This document shows positions 7,249-16,102 of a DNA stretch of 64,000 bases, piece after piece (the first letter of the stretch is position 1; each line of letters opens with the position of its first letter). The DNA comes from an archaeon. GTDB lineage: Archaea; Nanobdellota; Nanobdellia; Woesearchaeales; GCA-2686295. The notes beneath the pieces are model-generated. The model was not told the DNA's origin. It did no database searches and saw only the letters and a list, made by a program, of their open reading frames with translations. Where the stretch lies: contig JBDRGV010000051.1 of the NCBI GenBank assembly GCA_043817405.1, positions 1,960 to 65,959 of the forward strand. The letters are read 5' to 3'. Position numbers and translations under genes: made by a program.

Positions 7249-8369
7249 TATCGTCTGATTATTTCTTTGTATGCATTAGCTATTTTATTCATTTTGCTTC
7301 TTGGGTATATTGTGTTGGCTAATGTTTTTCCTGTTAATGGTTTGTCTGATCCAACTCCTGCAAAATGATATCTTATTTCTCCAAGTCTTGAATGAGAGCA
7401 ATTATTATCGAGCATCGCCATCTGCATCCATTCCATATCTAAGAAGTCTCCGCCTGCATCTAAGTCTTTTTCTAAGTTTTTCTTCATTTGTCTTAAAACT
7501 GATACTGTGTTTACTGTTTTTCCTTCTAATGCATCTTCACCAATTTCATTTTGAAAAATAGTCCATGCACTTGTATCATCAATAAGTTGATTGTAGATTG
7601 GAATATCTTGTACTTCTCCAGATAATATTTTCTTTTCGTCTAGAGCTGCAAATGGCACGTATATTCTGCCCACTTGATATCCTTTGTCAATTATTCCAAT
7701 TTTTCCGTAGTGAAATATGTTTATGTCAATTCCTGGAAATTCAGAGTTTGATATTAGAAATAATTGTTGTAATAAATTCTTTGCTTGGTCTGCGAATACA
7801 TAGTCAAAGTTCATTACCGGTTTTTCATCGATTTTAAATACACGATGATTTATAAAATCACTTTTACAATCCGCATCCATTTCTAAACCATCTATTGATA
7901 ATGCCTGTAAAGGTCCAAATATAACGTTTAATTGATTAGTATCTTTTATTGCTTTTTCGTCAACATAATGAAACATTAAATCCACATTGTCATAAGCTAA
8001 ATCTACGAATCTTCTGTTTGCTTTTGATCTTTGCTGTTCATAATCTTTTATTGTTAAGGGAATTTCTCTGTTTAGCAGATATTGTAAACCTTTATGTAAA
8101 TCTTCATCTCTTAATAGTCTAATGTCTCCTCTTGAGTTTATGATATGAAGTTTATTATTAAAGTAGAAATGTGGTTCTGTTGATTTTTTTGGTTGGTAGA
8201 AGTATTTTTCATATAAAAATGTTAATTCATTTCTTAAAAAACCGTTGTGAATAACTATTTCACCAATATTTTTGAGTTGTTCTTTTCGTGTTTCCATATC
8301 AGGATGGGCTATTCTATCGTAAATATAATTTCCTAATTGTCTTTTATCCATTAAATCTGTTAGTTCCAT
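7245..8369 (-). CDS. Nucleoside phosphorylase/AMP-nucleosidase fold protein (DUF6909-like)
   Basis: C-terminal half has DYVFADQA, GKIGI, TV.TVSVLRQ, LDME and SDKPL..TLA, the pattern of the PNP/UDP superfamily. Confidence 0.55.
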   Translation of the reverse strand: MELTDLMDKRQLGNYIYDRIAHPDMETRKEQLKNIGEIVIHNGFLRNELTFLYEKYFYQPKKSTEPHFYFNNKLHIINSRGDIRLLRDEDLHKGLQYLLNREIPLTIKDYEQQRSKANRRFVDLAYDNVDLMFHYVDEKAIKDTNQLNVIFGPLQALSIDGLEMDADCKSDFINHRVFKIDEKPVMNFDYVFADQAKNLLQQLFLISNSEFPGIDINIFHYGKIGIIDKGYQVGRIYVPFAALDEKKILSGEVQDIPIYNQLIDDTSAWTIFQNEIGEDALEGKTVNTVSVLRQMKKNLEKDLDAGGDFLDMEWMQMAMLDNNCSHSRLGEIRYHFAGVGSDKPLTGKTLANTIYPRSKMNKIANAYKEIIRRY

Positions 8370-8427
8370 AATTTCTCCTCTTTTAAATTATGAACTTCAA
8401 AAACTTTTTTTGTTTTTGTTAGTTCCA

Positions 8428-8841
8428 TTATGCTTCTCCTGTTTCGTTCGAGTAAAAAGGTTTTTCTTTACCAAATTCTTTTTCTAGAAATTCATCTGCG
8501 TTTTTTTGATTGTTTAATTCAAAATCAATTACATCTATTTCTGATAATGCATCTTCTATCATGACGTTTTTGGCCGCCATGTAAACCGCTGACGCAGGTT
8601 TGTAAATACTCCAGCTTAAGAATTTCTTTATGAAAGGATGGTTTTCTAGTTTTTGTAAATAGTTTTCTGCTTCGTTTATGTTTTTTGAAAAATGTTTTTT
8701 TAATGTGAAATATTTATTCATGAATTTCTCGTTTTCAAATTCTAGTGTTAAGTCGTCCAAGTATGTTGTGTCAGATGGTGTGTGTCCTAGGTTTATTCCT
8801 TTGTATTTCAATGGTCCCGTCATTTCAACTTTTATTTGCAT
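8428..8841 (-). CDS. Hypothetical protein
   Basis: 137-aa ORF with an upstream TATA-like element. Confidence 0.6.
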   Translation of the reverse strand: MQIKVEMTGPLKYKGINLGHTPSDTTYLDDLTLEFENEKFMNKYFTLKKHFSKNINEAENYLQKLENHPFIKKFLSWSIYKPASAVYMAAKNVMIEDALSEIDVIDFELNNQKNADEFLEKEFGKEKPFYSNETGEA

Positions 8842-8900
8842 CTTATTTGTTAGGAATGAAACTTTGTTTAAAAAGGTTTATCTATCGTCGAGAAGAAAGT

Positions 8901-9701
8901 TTATTTTGCTGCTGTTTTAATGGCGTCCACTATAAATTTTAGTCCATTTCCTTGATAATCTCCTTGTGGTCTGTATTCCCATATTCCTAGTTTTTTTGGC
9001 TTTGCTTTTTTTATCATCAAAAGAACAATATCTGGCGATGCACCTGTTGAACCGGATTCATGCGGATAAATATTTTGTATTTGATATTTTTTATCAAAGC
9101 AATCCACATCTATATCAAAGTGATTTGCTCTTGTGAATTGTCCGTACAAGAAGTCTTCTATGTTTTTTCCGAAGTAATGTTCGAATTCTTTTGATGTGTT
9201 AAAATAATTTTCAACTGTGATGTTTTTTATGTTTTCTGCGACCCAATCCATGTATGAGGCGTAGTTGTAACTAATGTTTTCATCTATGTTGATATAATCA
9301 GAGTGATAATCCAGTCTTGCAACACGATCTTTTTTTTCGTATAATGTTATTGCACCTAGATGGCTGGGACCTATTGCTATTAATAAATCAAATTCTTTGC
9401 TTGTTTTCAGAATTCTTTTTCTCTCTTTTTCTATCATTTTTATTTCTGAGTTTGAAACTTTCTGGGAAAAAATATATGGCATTCCTTCTAAACGATCTAC
9501 TTTCATTGTTAGTTCATATGGTTCTCCAACAACTGCCTCGCCTAAATCTTCAATGTTCAATCCTGCTGTCAGCTCTAAGATTTGTTTTCTTACAGGAGAA
9601 GTTACTTCAGGAATATATTTAGAAATACAAGCTAAATAATCAGTATCATTTATAGGTACTTCTTCTATTGGAATTCCTATTAAGCCTATTTTTTTCCTCA
9701 T
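8901..9701 (-). CDS. Divergent arginase/ureohydrolase family protein
   Basis: GPSH (cf. GGDH), LDYHSD (cf. DAHxD), HFDIDVDCFD and a C-terminal EY.P motif. Confidence 0.6.
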   Translation of the reverse strand: MRKKIGLIGIPIEEVPINDTDYLACISKYIPEVTSPVRKQILELTAGLNIEDLGEAVVGEPYELTMKVDRLEGMPYIFSQKVSNSEIKMIEKERKRILKTSKEFDLLIAIGPSHLGAITLYEKKDRVARLDYHSDYINIDENISYNYASYMDWVAENIKNITVENYFNTSKEFEHYFGKNIEDFLYGQFTRANHFDIDVDCFDKKYQIQNIYPHESGSTGASPDIVLLMIKKAKPKKLGIWEYRPQGDYQGNGLKFIVDAIKTAAK

Positions 9702-9727
9702 ACAAGAAAAAGGGAATAAAGAAAGTT

Positions 9728-10192
9728 TTATATGTCTTTGTCAAGATAAGCTGTTGCCTGCTGTTTCATCAATAAGTATCCGTTTCCAAAGAATTTTGTT
9801 CTAGATGGTGTCAATACTTCTTTTATACCTGTGCTTTTTAAAAAGTCTTCTAAGCATCTCTCTGATTTTGTTATGATCTCTACTGGTTTTAAGCCACTTA
9901 ATCCGTTTATCAATAAAGCCACTTGTCCTTTCACTATTTCAGAATCTGAAGTTCCTTGATAAGTTATAACTCCATCCGAGAATGTTGCATGTATATAGGT
10001 ATTTGTTGTACAGTTATTTACCCTATTGTTTGGGCTTTTATATTCACTTGGGAAAGGTTTTAATTTTTCCCCTAAAGATATCATTTGTCTGTAGAATTGA
10101 TAAGGATCTATTTCTTTTAAAGCATTGAGATTTTTGCTTTGTTCTTCTAAATAATTACAATAATCATTTATTGTTTTCTTTTTTTCAGACAT
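9728..10192 (-). CDS. sufE: SufE family sulfur-acceptor protein
   Basis: LGEKL.PFP, NRV.NC (acceptor Cys), SDSEIVKG and LTPSR motifs. Confidence 0.8.
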   Translation of the reverse strand: MSEKKKTINDYCNYLEEQSKNLNALKEIDPYQFYRQMISLGEKLKPFPSEYKSPNNRVNNCTTNTYIHATFSDGVITYQGTSDSEIVKGQVALLINGLSGLKPVEIITKSERCLEDFLKSTGIKEVLTPSRTKFFGNGYLLMKQQATAYLDKDI

Positions 10193-10233
10193 TTTAAATG
10201 GAGAAATGGTTTTTTACTTAAAAAGTTATTTAG

Positions 10234-10614
10234 TTATTTTCGAAGACTTAGAACTATTTGTAGTTGGTTTTCGTAAAAACCAATATGTGTTGTATGGTAA
10301 TCTTCTGATTCTTTTCTCATTGTTTTTGATTTATATAAAAGATTTTTTTTCTGAACAACTTTTTTGTTAATTAATTTTTGTTCAATATTTGGGAATAATT
10401 CAGGCGCTTTTGCTTCGTACCATAACATTATGATACTTGTATAAGAAAGATTTGGAATTCCCGTTATCTTGGCTCCAACATAATCTTCTTTAATAAATTT
10501 CAAATCTTGTAATTCATCTAGAGATTCTATTTTCTGAAGTTCAGGAATGTTTTCTCTTAGATAATTGACTCCTTCTGCTTCATATTTTTTAAAATGTTTA
10601 TCAAATTTACTCAT
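10234..10614 (-). CDS. Hypothetical protein
   Basis: 126-aa ORF with TTTATAAA about 25 nt upstream. Confidence 0.6.
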   Translation of the reverse strand: MSKFDKHFKKYEAEGVNYLRENIPELQKIESLDELQDLKFIKEDYVGAKITGIPNLSYTSIIMLWYEAKAPELFPNIEQKLINKKVVQKKNLLYKSKTMRKESEDYHTTHIGFYENQLQIVLSLRK

Positions 10615-10745
10615 TTTATATTAGATTGCACTATTTATTTATAAAGTTTTTGATTAGTTGTAACTTAATAGTGGTAAAATATAGAAAAGTTTATAAATGA
10701 ATCAATATTCATATTCTATAAAACATCATAAAAAGAGGTTATAAA

Positions 10746-11084
10746 ATGGGAAATATAATAAACGACGAATTAAAAAGTCAAGGATACAATCTAAAAGAAA
10801 GAGCATACGTGATAGGCGGCACAATTGCAGGTGTTGTAGCACCAGTTGTGGCTGCAAGATATCTTATGTTTAACGGGCCTGCTGAAAATTTTATGGGCGA
10901 AGCGCTAGCATGGACTTTTTCAGTAGTTCTTAATGCAACTACGATGATAATTAAACCATATATACCTGTTCCAGTATATACAGGATTAGCAGGTTTCGGA
11001 ATAGGATCTTTAGCAGCACACAATTCTCAACAAAAAAGAATAAAACAAGAAAGTCAATTGGAAAACATAGCACAGGAGAATTAA
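10746..11084 (+). CDS. Hypothetical membrane protein
   Basis: Hydrophobic segments and a GAGGT RBS. First gene of a 3-gene operon. Confidence 0.7.
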   Translation: MGNIINDELKSQGYNLKERAYVIGGTIAGVVAPVVAARYLMFNGPAENFMGEALAWTFSVVLNATTMIIKPYIPVPVYTGLAGFGIGSLAAHNSQQKRIKQESQLENIAQEN

Positions 11085-11085
11085 A

Positions 11086-11487
11086 ATGAGCAACAAATTA
11101 AAAGAAATAAGTTACAAACTAGGACTGACAAAAGAAAACAGAATAGAATTATCAGATGTTATGTATGAAACAGCAACAGTTGTTGATAAAGACTATGAAG
11201 AGGAAGAAGATAATCTGCCTTTAGGAACTGCTTTAGATAACATGGCCTTAGGTATTGCAATGAGTGAAAACGAAAAGTATAACGTTACATTCAAAGGTGA
11301 AAAAACTCATTTTAGTTTTGATGACGAAGAACTTTTTGAAATGTACAAAGTTGGAGATATAGTGACAATAGGTTACAAAGAAAAAAACAAAATCACATCT
11401 AACTACGTTCCACCAAACCTTAATGAAAAAGTTGATATAGAAACAGAATTTGCAGGATATCAATTTGTTAATGTGCAGAAAGAATAA
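11086..11487 (+). CDS. Hypothetical protein (paralog of 11490-11900)
   Basis: Shares A.V..K.YEE, Y...FKG....F..DDEE.F...K.GD.V..GYK and GY.FV.V.K with the next gene. Confidence 0.75.
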   Translation: MSNKLKEISYKLGLTKENRIELSDVMYETATVVDKDYEEEEDNLPLGTALDNMALGIAMSENEKYNVTFKGEKTHFSFDDEELFEMYKVGDIVTIGYKEKNKITSNYVPPNLNEKVDIETEFAGYQFVNVQKE

Positions 11488-11489
11488 AA

Positions 11490-11900
11490 ATGAACAAACT
11501 ACTAACATTAGGACTCGGCATTGTAACAATAGTTTCACTATATGCTTGTAAAGAAACCAGAACAGAAGTTTCTAACAAAGTATTTTATGATCCGGCAGTT
11601 GTTATTAATAAACATTATGAAGAAGCGGATGATTCTACTGCAGTAGCAATTGCAGCAAAAAGTGGCGATTTAACTGCAATAAATCATGACAACCGATACG
11701 TTATTAGTTTTAAAGGTATACAATCATTCTTTAATTTAGACGATGAAGAAATCTTCAATCAATTCAAAATTGGAGATTCAGTAAACGTTGGTTACAAAAA
11801 AGAATTTAAGGTCACTTACAACAAGCATAAAAACTTCGAAGAAGAAATAAGCAGAGTTATTTTAGGATATGAATTTGTAAGTGTTGAGAAAAAACATTAA
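11490..11900 (+). CDS. Putative lipoprotein (paralog of 11086-11487)
   Basis: Signal peptide ending SLYAC, plus the shared motifs above. Confidence 0.75.
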   Translation: MNKLLTLGLGIVTIVSLYACKETRTEVSNKVFYDPAVVINKHYEEADDSTAVAIAAKSGDLTAINHDNRYVISFKGIQSFFNLDDEEIFNQFKIGDSVNVGYKKEFKVTYNKHKNFEEEISRVILGYEFVSVEKKH

Positions 11901-12382
11901 TTAAAACTTTTTATTTCTTTCCAGACACCATCAACTTTCTTAAACAAATAATATTCTGAAATAAAGCTTTCCTGATTTAGTAATTCATTAGTTTTATTGA
12001 AGTTTAATGTTGATCTTGAAATTGTTATGTGTGGTTTGTAATTATCTCCACTAAATTGTTTTTCCATTTCATCGAAATCAGAACTTGCATAGTTTCTTAC
12101 AACTTGAACAATGTTTTTATGCAATTGAAAAAGTTCATCGGGTCTTGATAATGTTAGTACTAATATATTATTATGAAAATATTCAAAGCTTTGTGTTTTG
12201 GTTTTAAAAGGAGTTATTTTTATTTTAGACAAATCACATATTAAGTTTTTTTCTTGTTCAGAATCCATATGAAAAAAACAAAGTGTCGCATGAAAACCTA
12301 AAGTTGATGAAACAATATTGTCTTGTTTTAAGATTAAATTAAGCAGTTCCTTATTTGGTCGAAAGCAAGCCACGTAATCCAT
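11897..12382 (-). CDS. 2H phosphoesterase (2'-5' RNA ligase/LigT-like)
   Basis: Two HxT motifs (FHATL, PHITI) about 85 aa apart. Confidence 0.8.
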   Translation of the reverse strand: MDYVACFRPNKELLNLILKQDNIVSSTLGFHATLCFFHMDSEQEKNLICDLSKIKITPFKTKTQSFEYFHNNILVLTLSRPDELFQLHKNIVQVVRNYASSDFDEMEKQFSGDNYKPHITISRSTLNFNKTNELLNQESFISEYYLFKKVDGVWKEIKSFN

Positions 12383-12465
12383 ATTATTAGAAATCTTTTA
12401 TTTGTTATAAATTTTTTGAATAAATTTATATATGATAGTATGTTTGCTGTTCTTGAGGTGGCATA

Positions 12466-12636
12466 ATGGCTAAAAAAAGAGATTTTCCAACATTCGCAAC
12501 CATTCTATTAGCTTTGGCAATTTTGTGGTTATTAGGCGACTTAGGAGTGCTAAGTGTAAATATACCCTGGCTTCCAGTAATATTAATCATAATCGCCATA
12601 GGTTGGATAATCAATAACTATACAATAAGACAATAA
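12466..12636 (+). CDS. 56-aa two-helix membrane protein (LiaI/LiaF-TM-like), not in ORF track
   Basis: GAGGTG RBS and a TATA upstream. Encodes MAKKRDFPTFATILLALAILWLLGDLGVLSVNIPWLPVILIIIAIGWII... Confidence 0.75.
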   Translation: MAKKRDFPTFATILLALAILWLLGDLGVLSVNIPWLPVILIIIAIGWIINNYTIRQ

Positions 12637-12648
12637 TCAAGCAATGAT

Positions 12649-13074
12649 TTATTGCAGAAATAATTCTGTTTTATTTTTCATATAATTATAGATTTGGTTA
12701 TAGAAATAACCAGTTCCCTGGGTTATAACATCATCTTTGAACTTTATTATGTGTTCTTCTGAGTTCATTATGTCTTTAGGGCTTAAACCGTTTAGAGCAG
12801 GTATTAGAATTCCCATGAAGCATTGTGCCAAGTAAACATCTGCAGTACCTTTGAAGAATAATTTGTCATCTATTAGCTCTGCAGAAACATAGTTTTCAAA
12901 AGCTTTACTTATTTTGTTTTCTGCTGTTTTTAATTCATCAGGAAAAGGTTCTAGTTGTTCATAATCATTATACATATATGAGAATAAAAACTCCCGACAG
13001 TTCATCTTCTTCAGATTTAGATAGTCTCCTTTCTCATTGAGAAAGTTTATTGTGTCATCGATTGTTTTGTTCAT
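12649..13074 (-). CDS. Degenerate SufE-like protein lacking the acceptor Cys
   Basis: LEPFPDELKTAENKI, F.GTAD and LNGLSPKDI align with SufE. There is no Cys at the N.V.GC position. Confidence 0.6.
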   Translation of the reverse strand: MNKTIDDTINFLNEKGDYLNLKKMNCREFLFSYMYNDYEQLEPFPDELKTAENKISKAFENYVSAELIDDKLFFKGTADVYLAQCFMGILIPALNGLSPKDIMNSEEHIIKFKDDVITQGTGYFYNQIYNYMKNKTELFLQ

Positions 13075-13104
13075 GGTAGAAGGAATATTGAGAATATTAT
13101 AAAC

Positions 13105-13965
13105 CTATTTCTTTTTTTCAGTTTCTTCTAAAGTTTCTTCTTCAATAACTGCTTCTTTCTTCTTCTCTTTTTTCTCCTCTTTGATTTTCTTCTTTATGGC
13201 TTCTGCTTCTTCGTTAATATAACCGTGTTTCTGAGCAAAGAAAGGCAGCAGGAAGAATCTGTTGCCAAACCAAAGGATTAAGCCTACAAATATTGCTACT
13301 AAAGCATATGGCATGAATTGCAAGTAAAACATGGCCAGTTCATCAGACATTAGTTCGATTGATTTCAGAAGAATTGCTTTAGGATCAATGTCTATCGGAA
13401 AATTCAAGTATTTTACAAAATCAACTTTGGCCATTACACCCAGTAAAAAATCGCTTTTGAACAAAAAGTATGGAATAATAAATAGTATGGGCACAAGGGT
13501 CAATAGTTTCTTTGACAAATAATCTATTGTTAAAACCAAATCATTGTTTACAAAGAATAAAACCAGTAGAAGTGCAAATAAAAAGTTCAGAATTTGTAGT
13601 TTCAGAATAGGATGCTCTTTTTGTTTTTCTTCCAGAAAAGCCTGCCCTTCATCAATGCTTTCATTATAATTTTTTTCAATGGATGGTGTTAAATCCTCAG
13701 TAATTCTTTGGATTTGCGACTCTATTACATCTTCAGGCAAATCACCCAATTCCTGCTCCACATAGTCTCTCGCGGTTTCAGAAACAACACCAGTCATATT
13801 AGTGCTTATGGCATTTCCTCTGGTTTCAAAATAATCAAGAGTTATGCGCATCATTCCAATTCCAACGATGGAAATGACCACAAAGCCCAAAGCCAACCAC
13901 AGAACAAGATTTATCGCTTTATTATATTTGTTAAGCCTCTTAGCTCTATACTGGCGTATATTCAT
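13105..13965 (-). CDS. Hypothetical multi-pass membrane protein
   Basis: About 4 hydrophobic segments and a charged C-terminal tail. Confidence 0.7.
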   Translation of the reverse strand: MNIRQYRAKRLNKYNKAINLVLWLALGFVVISIVGIGMMRITLDYFETRGNAISTNMTGVVSETARDYVEQELGDLPEDVIESQIQRITEDLTPSIEKNYNESIDEGQAFLEEKQKEHPILKLQILNFLFALLLVLFFVNNDLVLTIDYLSKKLLTLVPILFIIPYFLFKSDFLLGVMAKVDFVKYLNFPIDIDPKAILLKSIELMSDELAMFYLQFMPYALVAIFVGLILWFGNRFFLLPFFAQKHGYINEEAEAIKKKIKEEKKEKKKEAVIEEETLEETEKKK

Positions 13966-14031
13966 TAGTTAAAACTATGGAGTATACTATAAAAAACTTT
14001 GTCGACACTTAAAAAAGAGTAATGATTACAA

Positions 14032-15060
14032 TTAAAAGATACATTGCAAAAAAGAAGGATGATTTTCTCTTTTAACACTATCATAACAAGAATTTTTTTT
14101 ACTTTTATCTTGATTTAAATCACAAATAGAATTATCGTCTAATGCAACAGCAACGTTTTTGTAGCAGTAAGACATTTTAAAATCAGACGGAATTCCTTTT
14201 TTATTCTCACAAATTGAAGTATCACCTGTTCCAACTGCTGAAGCAATATAACATCTTTCTTTACCAAGAGCAAATTCAATTTTGTCACAAGTGCTTAAAT
14301 CAAATGTTTGCTTGCCAACCGCTTCATAACAATAATCTTTGTTACCTTTAATCATGTCGCAAATAGTCGCATCTTTATTTACATTTGCACTCGTGCCAAA
14401 ACATCTGTCTTTAAGATCTTCATTTTGAACTTCTTCACAAATAGCCAGGTCTCCCTTTGCACCACCTATTTCAGATAAACAGTAATCTTTCTCTTCCAAT
14501 CTATCAATAAAATTGCAAATTGACTCATTATTTTGTTTGATGGCTATTTCTGAAAAACATATGGTGCCATACACATCTGCCTTTTCGCAAAGTGACAAAT
14601 CAGAAGTTACAGAACCAAGAGTTGCATAACATTGACTTTTTTGAGCTTTATTTGTTTTCTCTTCACAATCACCCAAATAATGTAGACTTAATATTTGTGG
14701 AGAACAACCTCTATAACCACCCCATGCAGGATCTATACTTACTACTCCGCCAATTTCATTGCATTTTGTTTCATCAACATCTTTATAGACAATGCTTACT
14801 CCACCAGCATCAGGACAAACATCAGAGCAAGAATATTGTTCAATTAGTGTCAATCCATTTTTATCATACATCCCTAATGTTTTTGGATATCTTAATGGAT
14901 TAATTTTTTCATTATTAGGATGCACATTAATTTCTCTTAATTGTTCTTGTTCTGCAATAATGTCTTCATCTGTAAGGATTTTATTAGAATTGACTGTTTG
15001 ACATCCCATCAACAATAACAATAACAAAATAGAAATTAAAAATAAAATTCTTTTATCCAT
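14032..15060 (-). CDS. Cys-rich repeat lipoprotein
   Basis: Lipobox-like LLMGC, then about 7 repeats of D.S.C..I......D.CY..VA. Confidence 0.75.
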   Translation of the reverse strand: MDKRILFLISILLLLLLMGCQTVNSNKILTDEDIIAEQEQLREINVHPNNEKINPLRYPKTLGMYDKNGLTLIEQYSCSDVCPDAGGVSIVYKDVDETKCNEIGGVVSIDPAWGGYRGCSPQILSLHYLGDCEEKTNKAQKSQCYATLGSVTSDLSLCEKADVYGTICFSEIAIKQNNESICNFIDRLEEKDYCLSEIGGAKGDLAICEEVQNEDLKDRCFGTSANVNKDATICDMIKGNKDYCYEAVGKQTFDLSTCDKIEFALGKERCYIASAVGTGDTSICENKKGIPSDFKMSYCYKNVAVALDDNSICDLNQDKSKKNSCYDSVKRENHPSFLQCIF

Positions 15061-15111
15061 AGTATAATCTAATTATACTATTATATAAAATTATCTAAAG
15101 CTTCAATTCAA

Positions 15112-15627
15112 TCAGAAGTCTTCCGGCTCGAAGTATTCCTTTGGATGTTTACAGCATGGACATTCTTTTGGAGGCTCTGTGCCTGTGTGTATGTGCCCGC
15201 ATTTACTGCATTTCCACTTTATTGGCTTGTCTCGCTTGAAAACGGTTCCTTTTCTAACCATTTCCAGAAGTCTTTTGTATCTTTCTTCATGTACTTTTTC
15301 AACAATACCTATGGTTGTGAATAGTCTTGCAGCTTCAACATTTCCTTCTGCTTTTGCTTCCTTAGCAAATGTTGGATACATGTCGGTTGTTTCATAATGC
15401 TCGCCTTCCATGGCTGCTTTTAGATTGTTTTCTGTGTTGCTTATTCCCTTTAGAAGCTTGAATTCTTCTTTAGCATGCTGGAATTCATTCACTGCAGTCT
15501 CTTCGAAGATTTTAGCGATGTAATGATAGCCTTCTTTTCTAGCTATTTTTGCAAAGTAATCATATTTGTTTCTAGCCATGCTCTCGCCGGCAAAAGCAGC
15601 GTTTAAATTATCCTCAGTTTTAGTCAT
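15112..15627 (-). CDS. rbr: Rubrerythrin
   Basis: AFAGESMARNKY, E..HA, GE.YE..MYP, E..H and a C-terminal CSKC...CPCC rubredoxin motif. Confidence 0.93.
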   Translation of the reverse strand: MTKTEDNLNAAFAGESMARNKYDYFAKIARKEGYHYIAKIFEETAVNEFQHAKEEFKLLKGISNTENNLKAAMEGEHYETTDMYPTFAKEAKAEGNVEAARLFTTIGIVEKVHEERYKRLLEMVRKGTVFKRDKPIKWKCSKCGHIHTGTEPPKECPCCKHPKEYFEPEDF

Positions 15628-15714
15628 AATTATGCACCTCAATGTTCGTTAATAAGAACTAGTATTTAAGAATTATGAAAAGTTTATATATTAAAATCAA
15701 TTCCTAGTTCTACA

Positions 15715-16098
15715 ATGACACTAACTATCGATGATTTTGTAAATCCATTATTTGATAAAACAACTCCCAGAAGACATTACATTCCTGCAAGGGAAGAAAT
15801 TTATCATCTTCTTGAAGACGACGATTTCATGAATGAGGAAGAAGCTATGATGATGGGAGAAAGCGAACCTCAATTCAAAGAGAAAAAAGAACTCGCTATT
15901 GAAGGAGTTACAGTTACTGATAATTTCAATCAAGTTGGATATACTTATTGTTTGCTCGATGGAATGTTGTTTGTTAATTATTGGAATAAGAAGGAAGAGA
16001 AGAATGTTCGTTTAATTGAGAAGCCAATTAAAACATATGAAGATTTTGATAAATGTCTTAAAGCTGCAGATAGAAAGATAATGAAAAAATATCGTTAA
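15715..16098 (+). CDS. Hypothetical protein
   Basis: 127-aa ORF with a TATA about 28 nt upstream (likely leaderless). Confidence 0.65.
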   Translation: MTLTIDDFVNPLFDKTTPRRHYIPAREEIYHLLEDDDFMNEEEAMMMGESEPQFKEKKELAIEGVTVTDNFNQVGYTYCLLDGMLFVNYWNKKEEKNVRLIEKPIKTYEDFDKCLKAADRKIMKKYR

Positions 16099-16102
16099 AA
16101 AA

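Noticed and set aside
12426..12614. Minus-strand 62-aa ORF
   Set aside because: It is antisense to a better-supported plus-strand membrane protein gene (12466-12636) that has an RBS.
14032..15060. Cys-rich repeats as a DNA repeat element
   Set aside because: The periodicity is at the protein level only, and such repeats are common in small-genome archaeal and bacterial surface proteins.
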